From an uncultured Armatimonadia bacterium (GTDB lineage: Bacteria > Armatimonadota > Zipacnadia > CAVVLO01), in assembly GCA_963749155.1 (NCBI GenBank), contig CAVVLO010000002.1, positions 96,001-160,000 on the forward strand: DNA of 64,000 nucleotides. The letters run 5' to 3'. The notes under the pieces are model-generated. The model was not told the origin of the DNA. It made no database searches and was given only the letters and a program-made list of their open reading frames with translations. Both the position numbers and the translations under genes were made by a program. Below are positions 20,742-31,175 of the stretch, piece by piece (the first letter of the stretch is position 1; every line of letters begins with the position of its first letter).

Positions 20742-23033
20742 ATGGTTGCCCAATGGATTTGGACCGATACCCCGATTGAAACGGAAAGCTTCGCGCTGCT
20801 TCGTCGCAGCTTCGAGCTGTCTGAGAAACCTGCCTCGGCGCTCCTCAGGCTCAGTGCCAACCAGCGCTACAAGCTCTTCGTAAACGGTGTCGAAGTCGGC
20901 GTTGGCCCCGCGCTTTCTTATCCTGCTTATATGTTCTATGACGAAGTTGAGATCGCCCCCTTGCTGCGCTCAGGCGCCAATGTGCTGGCCGTGCTGGCGC
21001 ATAATCACGGCACCGAAATGCCCTCTGTCCTCCAACAGGTCATCGGCCCCCCAGGCTTCTGGTGCGAACTTGAGATAAAGGGTCAACTCGCGCTGACATC
21101 AGAGGCCAACTGGAAAACCCTTCCTGCGCCTCAGTATGAACTGAAGGGCGAAATCGTCATCGGCCATCGCGGGGGTTACAAAGAGCACTGTCATCCTGCC
21201 CTCGAGCCTGCGGGGTGGACAGACCTGGGCTTTGATGAGGCAGGTTGGCAAGGCGCGACCCTCGTGCCAGAGGGTGTTTTTGGTGGGCCGCATCCAACCG
21301 AGATACCTCCCAAACGCCACTGGGTCGCTTATCCCGAGGAAGTCTATGCCGAGAATAGCGGCGTGGCCTATGGAGAGGTCTTCCTCCAGCATGGCGAGCT
21401 GGCCCGCAAGGCTGGCAGCTATGACATCCGAGGCCAGGAAGCGCTGCTGTCCGACTCGCCCGAGTGGGTCACCATCAATCCAGTTACCGACCTGCCTCCA
21501 GCGCTGCTCCTGGATTTTGGACGGGACTGTGTGGGCACACTGGAGCTTGACTTTGAAGAGGCAGGTGAGGGAGTTCTAGAGCTTGCCTTTGGCGAGTCGC
21601 TTCATCTCACAGTGGTCGATCGCCTCTATCTGAGAGCCGGCAAGCTGACCTGGTCGCCCTTTTATCGGCGAGTTGGTCGCTATGTGCGACTGCGCTTCTG
21701 GAATCTGACCCAACCTGTAAAGCTGCGGGCTGCGCGGTTCATCTGCGAATCCTATGGCGGCGAGACGATTGGCCGCTTCGAGTGTTCGGACAGCCTGCTC
21801 AATCGTATCTGGAAGATCGGTGTGGACACCCTGGACTGCTGCATGCAGGACGTCTACGAGGACTGTCCCTGGCGCGAGCAGTCACTTTACGGGGGCGATA
21901 TGCGCGTTGCCTCGATGGTCGCCTACTATGCCAAGGGAGGTTACGATTTCACCCGGAAATCTCTGAGGCAGCTTGCTCGCACTCAACACGAGAGCGGGGC
22001 CATCCCCACTGTCGGGCCAGCGCCAAGTCCCTTGAACGTAATCCCCGAGTTTCCCGCCCACTGGCTGGGTGCGCTCTCCAACTACTACCTGTATACCGGC
22101 GATAAAGCCCTGGTGGAGGAGCTCTTCCCCACCCTTGTGCGGCTGGTCTCCTGGTTCGAAAGCGAATTGGACGACCAGAGCCTGATGTCAGGGCTTGAGG
22201 AGGGGAGCAAGTGGTTCCACTTCGTGGACAACCTGTGCGGAATCGAACCCCAATATGCTGTCACGGCAACCCAGGCTTACTGTGCCCAGGCCGTAGGGCT
22301 TGCCTCGGAGCTTGCCGAGTTGCTTGGTCATTTCGAAGAGGCCACTGCCTGGCTTGAGCTGGCGACCCGGATGAGTAAAGCGATCCAGCTCTTCTGGGAT
22401 AAGGACAGCCAGGCTTTCATTGATGGCAGTAGCCAGCAGCGCGCCCCTGAACCTCCCAACGAGATAAGCAACGGAGTGCCCCTGTGGTGTGGCCTGACTG
22501 ATAAAGCCCAATCGCTTGCCTGCCTGGAGCAGCTTGCGCGCAGGCGTCCAACGCGGGCTACCCAGGCGGCCTTCAGCAATTACTTCCTGACCGAGGCTCT
22601 CTACCTGGCTGGCTGGAGCGAGATCGCCACAGCCCGTATCTGCAAGTTCTGGGGAGGGATGCTCGAACGAGGTGCAACGACCTTCTGGGAAGTCTTTGAT
22701 GAAGACTGGCCTGCCGGCAAGCTCCCTCATCGGCTTTGGAGCCTGTGTCATGAGTTCAGTGCTGGGCCGGTAGCGCTACTTCCTGCTTATGTGCTCGGGG
22801 TGCGGCCTCTGGAGGCTGGCTTCAGGAAGGTACTGGTTGCCCCTCAGGTGGCCTTGCTTGACTGGGCTGAAGGCGCGGTGCCAACTCCGCACGGGCTTAT
22901 CCATATCACCTGGCGCAAGACCGATGACAAAATAAGGCTGGAAGTCCAGGTGCCTTGTGCGATTGGCTCTGGAGCCTTGCAAATCCAGGCGCCACCTAAC
23001 TGTAAACTCCGCGCCACCGTGGTCGAATATTAG
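20742..23033 (+). CDS. Alpha-L-rhamnosidase-like glycoside hydrolase (GH78)
   Basis: YKLFVNG, LLDFG, DCPWREQSLYGGD, GATTFWE, SLCHEFSAGP, GAVPTPHG. Confidence 0.88.
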   Translation: MVAQWIWTDTPIETESFALLRRSFELSEKPASALLRLSANQRYKLFVNGVEVGVGPALSYPAYMFYDEVEIAPLLRSGANVLAVLAHNHGTEMPSVLQQVIGPPGFWCELEIKGQLALTSEANWKTLPAPQYELKGEIVIGHRGGYKEHCHPALEPAGWTDLGFDEAGWQGATLVPEGVFGGPHPTEIPPKRHWVAYPEEVYAENSGVAYGEVFLQHGELARKAGSYDIRGQEALLSDSPEWVTINPVTDLPPALLLDFGRDCVGTLELDFEEAGEGVLELAFGESLHLTVVDRLYLRAGKLTWSPFYRRVGRYVRLRFWNLTQPVKLRAARFICESYGGETIGRFECSDSLLNRIWKIGVDTLDCCMQDVYEDCPWREQSLYGGDMRVASMVAYYAKGGYDFTRKSLRQLARTQHESGAIPTVGPAPSPLNVIPEFPAHWLGALSNYYLYTGDKALVEELFPTLVRLVSWFESELDDQSLMSGLEEGSKWFHFVDNLCGIEPQYAVTATQAYCAQAVGLASELAELLGHFEEATAWLELATRMSKAIQLFWDKDSQAFIDGSSQQRAPEPPNEISNGVPLWCGLTDKAQSLACLEQLARRRPTRATQAAFSNYFLTEALYLAGWSEIATARICKFWGGMLERGATTFWEVFDEDWPAGKLPHRLWSLCHEFSAGPVALLPAYVLGVRPLEAGFRKVLVAPQVALLDWAEGAVPTPHGLIHITWRKTDDKIRLEVQVPCAIGSGALQIQAPPNCKLRATVVEY

Positions 23034-23298
23034 AAAGCCAGCCTGAGTGATGGCTTCCAGTTCCAAAAATATGAACTTTTTAGGCCGAAACAACGTTCTC
23101 ATATTATAAGGAGTGAGGCCTGCCTACTTTGCAAGCAGGTCGGTAGCAAGGTAAACTAAGAATAACGAGCCAGGAGTTGATGACTGATTCTCTAGCAACC
23201 CTTCTTGGGAGGAGTTGCTAGTAGTTGTTGTCAACTCGAGGCTTTATCTTGAAGGAAAAGGAACTAGCGCCAGGCCTTCCCCAGGCGCGACCAAAGCT

Positions 23299-24723
23299 AT
23301 GGAAGAAAGACCTGCCAGAAATCTGAAGAAACCTCTTATTGTAGCCTTGCTGGTACTGGTCGTTGTGCTCGTTGCTGGAGCTGCTGGCGTTTTCGGCAAC
23401 TCCTATGTTAACCGGGACAAGGTGATGCGCGGCACAGTGCTGGCTGGTGTTGACATTGGCCGGATGAGTCGTGACCAGGCCTTGAGCGCGCTTGAAGCCC
23501 TGGTGCTGCCTGCTCTCGAGCGGCCCGTCGAACTCTCCTGTATGGAGCAGACCTTCTCCTACTCGCGTGAGGCTCTGGGCGCTGATGTAGTTGATCTTGA
23601 AGGCGCTGTTGACCAGACTCTGGCCTACGGCCGTCAGATTGGCGCCTGGCGCAGAGCGCTCATTGAGCTTGGCCAGGATATCCCTGCCGAAGAAGTCCAG
23701 CTCCAGGTCAGAGTAGAGATGTCCAAACTGGCTGATATCCTTTACAAACTTGTCGCTGAGGTGCAACGACCGCCCAAAGATGCCCAAGTGGACGTTGCCG
23801 GCAACTCTGTTGTCGTACATGAGGGCCAGGTCGGCCTTTCGGTAGACCTCCAAAAAGCCTTATTAACAGTAAGTGCTGCCCTGCAAAATCCAATGGCTAC
23901 CCGCATCGAATTGCCTTATGACGAACTCAAGCCCAGCATAACCAGCGAAGATGTAGCAAGTTTCGACACGGTACTGGGCACCTATACTACCCGCTTCCGT
24001 CCCTCCGAGGTGGGCCGGACGCATAACCTGCGGCTGGCCAGCAGCAAGGTGGACAATTCTCTCGTGCGAGTAGGAGACACCTTCTCCTTGAACTCCAGAC
24101 GCGGGCCAAGCACCGCCGATGCAGGCTATCGCGAAGCCTTTGTCTACCGGGAAGGCCGGGTAGAACCTGAACTCGGGGGCGGTATCTGTCAGGTCGCAAG
24201 CACGCTCTACAATGCGGTTGTGCTTGCTGGGCTCGATATCGTGGAACGCGGCAACCATATGTTCACTGTAGACTATGTGCCAATGGGTATGGACGCTACG
24301 GTGTATTACGGAGGTCGTGACTTCAAGTTCAACAATGACCTTACCCATCCGGTGCTGCTCAAGATGCGCATCGAGGGCAATCAGCTTTCAGCCTGGGTAA
24401 TTGGCAACTCGGGCGACCGCCGCGACGTCAATATAGAAAGATGGGGAGCTACTACGACTCCCTTCCAGGTCGTTGAGAAGCCTGATCCTACCTTGCCAGC
24501 GGGCAAGCGTGTCACCGATCAGAAAGGACATAGCGGCCATTCGATAAATGTGAAGATTACTGTCAGCAAGAACGGTGAGGTTATCCACCAAACTACCAGG
24601 AAGGATACCTACCGGGTCGGCAACAAGATCATCCTGGTAGGCACTGGCGGCGCCGCGAAGCCCCCTGCACCTGACGCCCCTGTGCCCGAAGAAGAGGTCT
24701 CTGAAGAGCTTGTCACTCCGTAG
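23299..24723 (+). CDS. VanW family protein (TM, PG_binding_4, VanW and G5 domains)
   Basis: RTHNLRLA, FSLNSRRGP, GGGICQVASTLYNA, ERGNH, GMDATV; G5-like C-terminus. Start codon uncertain. Confidence 0.88.
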   Translation: MEERPARNLKKPLIVALLVLVVVLVAGAAGVFGNSYVNRDKVMRGTVLAGVDIGRMSRDQALSALEALVLPALERPVELSCMEQTFSYSREALGADVVDLEGAVDQTLAYGRQIGAWRRALIELGQDIPAEEVQLQVRVEMSKLADILYKLVAEVQRPPKDAQVDVAGNSVVVHEGQVGLSVDLQKALLTVSAALQNPMATRIELPYDELKPSITSEDVASFDTVLGTYTTRFRPSEVGRTHNLRLASSKVDNSLVRVGDTFSLNSRRGPSTADAGYREAFVYREGRVEPELGGGICQVASTLYNAVVLAGLDIVERGNHMFTVDYVPMGMDATVYYGGRDFKFNNDLTHPVLLKMRIEGNQLSAWVIGNSGDRRDVNIERWGATTTPFQVVEKPDPTLPAGKRVTDQKGHSGHSINVKITVSKNGEVIHQTTRKDTYRVGNKIILVGTGGAAKPPAPDAPVPEEEVSEELVTP

Positions 24724-25822
24724 CATACTAGCTGGCTGCCTAATACTGGTTCTGGTGCTAAGTGGCAGCGCCTTGCCCCAGTCAACTGCTCCTATAGAGC
24801 CTAGCCAGGCGGCTCTGCAACTTTATGCAGAGTGGCTTTACTCCTTGAAGCAGCATTTTAAATTCGATGACTGGGCTTCCTGGACCGAGGTAGATCAGGA
24901 AGCCTGGCTCAGGCAGCCTGACCTAAGCGATGATTTTGAGCAGTATCCCGCTGTCCGCTTCGACGCGGTTGACGAGACCGCTGTTCAATACTTCAAGCCT
25001 CTGTTTGTCTCAGCCGACACAGTCTGGCCTGCGGTGCCAAGTGACCGGTACACCCTGGCAGCCTCTGGGGGAGCTTTGGCTGGGCCTGAGGTCACCCTCT
25101 GGACAGGCGTCAATCCCCGGCAGGCTCGCTCAGCCTGGCTGGCGTCTCTCTGGCAGGCTGAGAAACTGCCCGAATACAGAGAGCTAACTGGTGCAGAGGC
25201 GCTCGGAGACATCTCCTTCCTGATTGAAGGCGGACGGCTGTTCTTTGCATATGGCAACGTAGCTGTATTAGTGGAGCCAGGCCTGTCCAATCTGACCGAT
25301 CCCTTCCCGATTGCCCAGGAAATATTCGAGGCATTGGAAGCCAGAGCTCAAGGCGAATACTTGCCTGCCCGGTCCACTTGCATCATCAACGCGACAAGGT
25401 TGAAGCCGGGCGACCTGCCTGGAATGCGATTGGTCACCTGGACTTCTTCCTGCTCGGGCAGCTCACTCGATTCAATTTCCAGGCCACTTAGTCTGGTCCA
25501 GTCCTGGACAGGCGAAGTTGCCGGGAGGCCAGCCCGGTTGCAGATCTCTTATACCGAGTCCGCTTATGGTTTTGCCGAGTCGCAAGTGACCGAAGCCGGA
25601 GCCCAAAACTCGGGCCAGCATGTTTTTTACCTGGCGATAAACGGCCTGAGTGCAGCTGTGGGACTTACTTTGACAGTGCCCGAGCCCGAGCAGCTTTCAC
25701 CCGAACTGGACAAGCTTTGCGCTGACAGGGCGCGCGCCCTTGCCGAGTTGCTCTACACCAGGGCCAGATTATTCGCAGGACCTCAGGAGTCGCCTGGACG
25801 CAGCCAGGCGAGCCTCGACTAG
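24710..25822 (+). CDS. Secreted hypothetical protein
   Basis: 370 aa ORF with signal peptide, overlapping the upstream stop codon. Confidence 0.65.
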   Translation: MSLRSILAGCLILVLVLSGSALPQSTAPIEPSQAALQLYAEWLYSLKQHFKFDDWASWTEVDQEAWLRQPDLSDDFEQYPAVRFDAVDETAVQYFKPLFVSADTVWPAVPSDRYTLAASGGALAGPEVTLWTGVNPRQARSAWLASLWQAEKLPEYRELTGAEALGDISFLIEGGRLFFAYGNVAVLVEPGLSNLTDPFPIAQEIFEALEARAQGEYLPARSTCIINATRLKPGDLPGMRLVTWTSSCSGSSLDSISRPLSLVQSWTGEVAGRPARLQISYTESAYGFAESQVTEAGAQNSGQHVFYLAINGLSAAVGLTLTVPEPEQLSPELDKLCADRARALAELLYTRARLFAGPQESPGRSQASLD

Positions 25823-25848
25823 CTTTCCCACTCTCAGATGGTGGCGCA

Positions 25849-26541
25849 GTGCGCAAGCTCAGGTGTCCAAAATGCGGCGCCCGCAACTACGAGGGCTATC
25901 TGGAATATCCGTGGTGCCACAAGTGTGGGCATCCGCTGGTTCAATGCGTTTACTGTACCTATCTCGAGGCTGACGGCAAATGTAAACTGGGTCATCGCTA
26001 TGCGACTTCCCAGTTACAGACAGAACCCCTGGATTGTGCCGATTTTTGGCCTTCTCGCGACTATGACCTGGTCGAGGCAAAATCCCCCTCCCTTCGCCCA
26101 ATGTTTTGGGGAGCTCTGGCCCTGCTTATACTCGTCGTAGCCTTGATTGTCGGCTTCAAGATGGCACAACCACAGCGGGTGGCCCCTGGAGTTTTCAGTG
26201 TGCAGGTGCTGCAAACAGAACCAAAAGGCACAAAAGGACTGCTGGAACTCACCATAATCGCTCGCAACGATACAGTCAGAGTTGGGTATGACTCAGTGAT
26301 TTTGCTAGACCGACGGCTGCTGGCAGGTTTCGAACTGGTCGGTTCTATTGGGGTGCCGGGCAAAGCAGGATTTCGCGATGACTGGATTGCTATCGAGCTT
26401 GGACTACTGGAAGCGTTAAATGCCAAGATGGTAAAATTCAGGTTGAAGCCGCGCCAGGCAGGAGAATATCCTGTGAGATGCGAATTATATGTCGATGGTA
26501 GACAGGTAGCCTCTACTCGCGCGGTTTTGAAGGCCCAGTGA
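25849..26541 (+). CDS. Cys-rich zinc-ribbon plus TM plus Ig-like hypothetical protein
   Basis: CPKC, CHKC, CVYC, a single TM and a beta-rich C-terminus. Confidence 0.65.
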   Translation: MRKLRCPKCGARNYEGYLEYPWCHKCGHPLVQCVYCTYLEADGKCKLGHRYATSQLQTEPLDCADFWPSRDYDLVEAKSPSLRPMFWGALALLILVVALIVGFKMAQPQRVAPGVFSVQVLQTEPKGTKGLLELTIIARNDTVRVGYDSVILLDRRLLAGFELVGSIGVPGKAGFRDDWIAIELGLLEALNAKMVKFRLKPRQAGEYPVRCELYVDGRQVASTRAVLKAQ

Positions 26542-26569
26542 GTTCACTTTCTCCGTAAGGGAGCCGGAT

Positions 26570-26812
26570 ATGCGCCAGGAAGACAAAGAGACTATAAAGG
26601 CAATCCAGCGCCAGGTTATGCGACTGCCCGTTGATGGCAGGAAAGTCATCATAACCGTGGTTGGGGGCAGCGTCTACCTTCGGGGACGGATAATCCTGAT
26701 GCGCACAGCCCCGAAGGGCACTGATATAAATGATTGCAAGACCAAGTTGATAACTGCTATCCGACGCTTGCCCGGAGTGAAGCAAGTCACCGACCAGTTG
26801 AGTACCCGCTAG
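26570..26812 (+). CDS. Small BON-domain-like protein
   Basis: VIITVVGGSVYLRG...IRRLPGVKQVTDQL resembles the BON consensus; GGAG RBS. Confidence 0.55.
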   Translation: MRQEDKETIKAIQRQVMRLPVDGRKVIITVVGGSVYLRGRIILMRTAPKGTDINDCKTKLITAIRRLPGVKQVTDQLSTR

Positions 26813-28542
26813 CCTGGCTCTACGAACAAAGTTTTCTCGTGGGTATAGAAAGCGGCGCCTGCGCCGCCCCCTTTTATCTTGCGGACATATTTGCGTAGTG
26901 TGTAGTCAACTGGCGCAAGGCCAGAATGCCTGTCCTTGCTGAATCCCGCCGCCAGCTTCGCCGCGAATTCCAGGTCTTTCGGCTGCACGCGCTCGGGGCG
27001 TCCTTCAGTGCGAAGTAGCACATGCGAACCTTCGGTCCCTCTCGAGTGAAACCAGAGATCATCCTGAGCGGCATACTTGAAGGTCAAGGCATCGTTCTCA
27101 GCCGCCGATCGCCCGACCAATACTTCGAAGCCACCTGGGCTCTCATAATTTCGGGGGGCGATTCCCAGCTTGTCCAGTCGGGCAGTATCTTTGCGCTCTG
27201 GCGCTTCTGGACCGCTGCCCTTCGATGTGGCTCCAAGCCTTCGCCCAAGCGCCTGCAGCTCGGGCCCTGCTGCAGCCTTCTCGATCTCGACTTCCAGCCT
27301 GGAGAGAGCGGTCAGTTCCTCCTCGAGGGCCTGCTTTCGCGCCGGCAGCACTTCGGTAGCGCGAGTGGCCTTCTTGTAACGCGTATAATAGCGTTCTGCA
27401 TTTCTGGCGATGGAATCAGTCGGCTCCAACTCAACTTCAATTTCCTTCCCGGAGGCTGGATCGATTAATCTGGCCAGTTTTGTTTCTGGGGGAAGTTGCC
27501 AGCCATAGGTCAGCAACAGGTCGCCCTTCAGTTTCAACTCGTCCTGCTCGGAAGCCCGTTCAAGCTGTAACAGGATGTCTTCAAGCGCCTTGCCTGCCTT
27601 CTTGCGGCGTTCTCTGATGACAGCGAGCAACTGTTTGCGTTCCGCCTCAGAGTGCAACTCGCGCTTGGATTCGCCTACCACCGCATCCAGCGCCTCGCCA
27701 AGGGAAGCCGCAGGATGTTGCCACTCGGCGGGCAGCGACAGCAGACTTATTGGATAGCACTGCACCTTGAGACCTGGCTCTGGCAGGACAACTGGCGCCC
27801 ACTTGCCCTCTGCCACCAGCGTCTTCAACCAGCCTAGTGTCTCTTCCAGTCGTTGCCAGCCGGTATCGTCCAACTCGCTGGAAGCAAGCTCGGTCTCAAG
27901 TCCTGCTCTGACCATCAATTCTCCGAGCAGCACGGCACTGCCCCCCGCTACCAGTTGCTGCAAGGTATTGGTCAGCTTTGCCGCGGGGTGCTCCAAAAGC
28001 TGCGCCCGAAGCTCCTGGAAAGGCACCTCCCAGGGGGCCGGGAGATCGGAATTGGGAGGCAATTCGTATTGCGCGCCAGCCACCAGATGCCGAGTGCCTG
28101 TCCGCGAACTCGAAGCGGACTTCATTACCAGCAGTATGCGGTCGGCCTCATCCAGCAGGAAGAGGTTACAATGGCGTCCTGTAAGCTCTACCACCAGGCG
28201 CAGCTTATGAGGGTCGCCCAGGTCGTCCACGGTGGAAAAACAGAATTCGGAGATACGCTCAAAACCGTGCTGTCGAACAGTATCAAGCCTTGCCGGCCCA
28301 AGCCTGCGGCGCAGTTCTTGTGTAAAGGGAAGCTTCAGCTTGCCCTTATCGTCCTCGGCGCTCAGATGGATGCGCGCAAAGGCTGGTTCAGCCGAAATCA
28401 ATATCTTTACCGGTTCTGGAACACGCAGTTTGAGCAGCAACGAATTGCGTTCCAGCGGGAAAACCCCAACAACCTCACCGCCCTCTGCCCGGGCGGCGAT
28501 CTCATCCAGGGCCGCTCTGAGCATCAGGCTATCAAAGATCAT
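26809..28542 (-). CDS. rqcH: Ribosome quality control protein RqcH/Rqc2 (NFACT/FbpA family)
   Basis: MIFDSLML, QHGFERI, ELTGRHCN, NAERYYTRYKK, VGRSAAEND, WFHSRGTEGSHV, VDYTLRKYVRK. Confidence 0.92.
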   Translation of the reverse strand: MIFDSLMLRAALDEIAARAEGGEVVGVFPLERNSLLLKLRVPEPVKILISAEPAFARIHLSAEDDKGKLKLPFTQELRRRLGPARLDTVRQHGFERISEFCFSTVDDLGDPHKLRLVVELTGRHCNLFLLDEADRILLVMKSASSSRTGTRHLVAGAQYELPPNSDLPAPWEVPFQELRAQLLEHPAAKLTNTLQQLVAGGSAVLLGELMVRAGLETELASSELDDTGWQRLEETLGWLKTLVAEGKWAPVVLPEPGLKVQCYPISLLSLPAEWQHPAASLGEALDAVVGESKRELHSEAERKQLLAVIRERRKKAGKALEDILLQLERASEQDELKLKGDLLLTYGWQLPPETKLARLIDPASGKEIEVELEPTDSIARNAERYYTRYKKATRATEVLPARKQALEEELTALSRLEVEIEKAAAGPELQALGRRLGATSKGSGPEAPERKDTARLDKLGIAPRNYESPGGFEVLVGRSAAENDALTFKYAAQDDLWFHSRGTEGSHVLLRTEGRPERVQPKDLEFAAKLAAGFSKDRHSGLAPVDYTLRKYVRKIKGGGAGAAFYTHEKTLFVEPG

Positions 28543-28545
28543 AAG

Positions 28546-29112
28546 TTACTTCCTGACCGAGAAACCGTAATCGCCGACCTGCTCGCCACTGGACCAGTAC
28601 TCGCCAGCAAGAAATCCAAGTGGGTTTACTTTGCCCCAGTCCAGCTTGCCAGCCTCGTCCAAGACCTCTTCCGAGGCCTGGACCGCCACGACCTCACCGA
28701 TAAAGAGCTCGTGAGTGCCAAGTACAAGCGTCTGGCGCACCACGCACTCGAGGTTGACAGGGCACTCGGTCACTAGCGGCGGTTTGACTTTGGCAGCGAG
28801 GCCTGGGGTGAAACCTGCCAGGGCAAACTTGTCCTGGTCCCGGCCACTCTTGACGCCGCAAAGGTCGACAGCCTTCACCTGGTCGGCCGAGGGCACATTG
28901 ACCACAAACTCACCTGTCGCCTTCACAAGACCGTAGCTATACCGGCTGGGCCTGATAGCTATAGCCACCATTGGCGGTTCAGAACAAACCACTCCGACCC
29001 AGGCCAGAGTAATCAGGTTGGGCTTGCCCTCCGGCGTGCAGCAACTGATAAGGGCAGCCGGTACAGGCGCCAGAGCAAGTTCTTGGCCCAAAGTTTTTTT
29101 CAGGTTAGCCAT
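28546..29112 (-). CDS. Flavin reductase-like FMN-binding protein
   Basis: NLITLAW, EFVVNVP, CGVKSGRDQDKF, ECPVNLEC, GTHELFIGEV; ATG 29112 with GGAGG RBS. Confidence 0.9.
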   Translation of the reverse strand: MANLKKTLGQELALAPVPAALISCCTPEGKPNLITLAWVGVVCSEPPMVAIAIRPSRYSYGLVKATGEFVVNVPSADQVKAVDLCGVKSGRDQDKFALAGFTPGLAAKVKPPLVTECPVNLECVVRQTLVLGTHELFIGEVVAVQASEEVLDEAGKLDWGKVNPLGFLAGEYWSSGEQVGDYGFSVRK

Positions 29113-30235
29113 TGTCACCCTCCTCCAATTCGATTGGGTTGTCTTCGGGAGCCACTTCCTCAAGATCCACCAGACCGCGTAGCTGAGCCAGCTCTTCCAG
29201 TTGCTTCAGTGTGCCCAGCACTACCAGCAAGTCTCCCGCTTCAATGAGGGTTGATGGATCGGGCACTATCTGGAACCCCTCCTCCCCTCTGCGTATCGCA
29301 AGTACAGAAATGCCAATCTGGCTGCGCAACTGGCTGGAAGCAAGGGTCTGCCCAACCAGTAGCGACTCGGGCCGGACCACGACCTCCTGGAGGACATAGC
29401 TGCTGCCCATTATGGCCGACTCAATAAACTCGGTTGCGCCAGGAGCGATGACCGACATCGCAAGCCTGCGCCCTGCAACCGAGTAAGGAGCCAGCACTCG
29501 AGTAGCTCCGGCTTTTTTGAGCTTGGGTACAGCATCTTCGGTTGAAGCCCTGGCGGCAATCACCAGCTCCGGATTCAGGCTGCGAGCTGTGAGCACAATC
29601 AAGGCGTTGTCTGCGTCGGTAGAGGCCGCTGCGATAAGCGCTCTTGCTTTATCGACTCTTGCTTCCAGCAGCACTTCATCTTCCGAAGCATCGCCCACGA
29701 CCACCAGGCGTCCCTCGCGAGAGAGTTCCTCTGCGACTTCAGGGAGAAGCTCCACGATAACCACCTGCTCGCCGCGTGCCTCGAGCATACGCACTGCCCA
29801 CTCGCCCATCCGGCCGCAACCACAAACAAGGGTATGACCGCTCAAAGTCTCGATGGATTTTTTCATCCTTTTCTTGCTCCACACATCAAGTAACTCGGCC
29901 TCAACCAGGTAAGCGACAGCATATCGCCCAGCGAACAGCAGAGTTATCCAGCCGAGCACCAGGTAGATGGAAGTGAATAGCCGGCCTAGTTGGTCCTGAG
30001 GTACGACCTCGTTGAAGCCCACGGTCGTGATGGTGATGATGCTCATATAGAGCGCGTCGATGAAGGTAACAGAGATGCCACTAGACTCAGCGAGCTGATT
30101 GCCATTTACGTAATAAAAAACGGTTGCGCCACCGACAAGCAAGAGCAGCAACCCAAGCAAGGCTCGGGCAGCCCCCAGTAAGCGACGGGGGTCATCGTGG
30201 GGCAGCTCAGCAGCTTTGCGTGAACTTGCAGACAC
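29105..30235 (-). CDS. Potassium channel protein with RCK (TrkA-N/TrkA-C) domains
   Basis: Pore motif TITTVGF, CGCGRMG, GDAS...DADN, TrkA-C. Confidence 0.9.
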   Translation of the reverse strand: MSASSRKAAELPHDDPRRLLGAARALLGLLLLLVGGATVFYYVNGNQLAESSGISVTFIDALYMSIITITTVGFNEVVPQDQLGRLFTSIYLVLGWITLLFAGRYAVAYLVEAELLDVWSKKRMKKSIETLSGHTLVCGCGRMGEWAVRMLEARGEQVVIVELLPEVAEELSREGRLVVVGDASEDEVLLEARVDKARALIAAASTDADNALIVLTARSLNPELVIAARASTEDAVPKLKKAGATRVLAPYSVAGRRLAMSVIAPGATEFIESAIMGSSYVLQEVVVRPESLLVGQTLASSQLRSQIGISVLAIRRGEEGFQIVPDPSTLIEAGDLLVVLGTLKQLEELAQLRGLVDLEEVAPEDNPIELEEGDNG

Positions 30236-31161
30236 GCTTCAGAACCTCTTCGGCCTCCGAGCTTAGCTTCTCCAGTACTTCGCGGCAGGTCATCAGTTCG
30301 TTTATCAGCCCCGCCGACTGACCTGCCATAAGCGAGCCTCGTTCCAAATCGCCTTCCCACACCGCTTTCGCAAGAGAGCCTATACCGAGTTCCTCGATCT
30401 CCTCGGCAGTTGCGCCTTCTCTTTCCAGTCGTTCGAACTCCCGAGTCAGTTGATTTTCCAGGGCGCGCACTGGATGGCCCAGGCTGTATCCTGTAACTGC
30501 TGTGTCGCGCTCACTGAGCCTTAAGGATAGCCTGTTTAAAGTTGTCGTGCATTGGCGATTCTACAGTCACCGCGAAACGTGTCCCAAGCTGAACACCTTC
30601 AGCGCCAAGACAGAGAGCGGCTGCCATCCCGCGCCCATCTGCGATGCCTCCTGCGGCGATGACTGGCACTTCTACTGCGTTGCAGATGGAAGGAGTTAGC
30701 ACCATGGACGTAACGTCGCCGATATGCCCCCCTGCCTCCATACCCTCTACGATTACCGCATCGGCGCCATAGCGCTCAAGCCTCTTGGCCAGCGCGCCAG
30801 CTGCGACAACAGGTATAACCTTGACACCAGCCTCTTTAAGGCTGGGAATATACTTGCCAGGATTGCCTGCGCCAAACACGACTACAGGTACTTGCTCTTC
30901 TGCCATCGCTTCTACCTTGGCAGGGATCTCATCAGCTAGCAAATAGATATTGATAGCGAAAGGTTTGTCTGTCAGCTCGCGCGTTTGGCATACCATCTCG
31001 CGCAGCTTATCAGGCGGGTAATTCCCGGCTGCAATGGTGCCAAGACCACCTGCATTACTGACTGCGGCTGCGAGCTCAGGCTGAGCAACATGGGCCATCC
31101 CGCCCTGGAAGATGGGAAATTCGATCCCAAGCAGCTCGGTAACCCTCGTTTTGAACATCAA
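30207..31161 (-). CDS. fabK: Enoyl-ACP reductase FabK / nitronate monooxygenase family (frameshift near 30514)
   Basis: PIFQGGMA, VSNAGGLG, EAGGHIG, AAGGIADGRG, GTRF; continues GHPVRALEN...MAGQSAGLI after one extra base. Confidence 0.85.
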
Positions 31162-31175
31162 TCAGGCACACTCCA

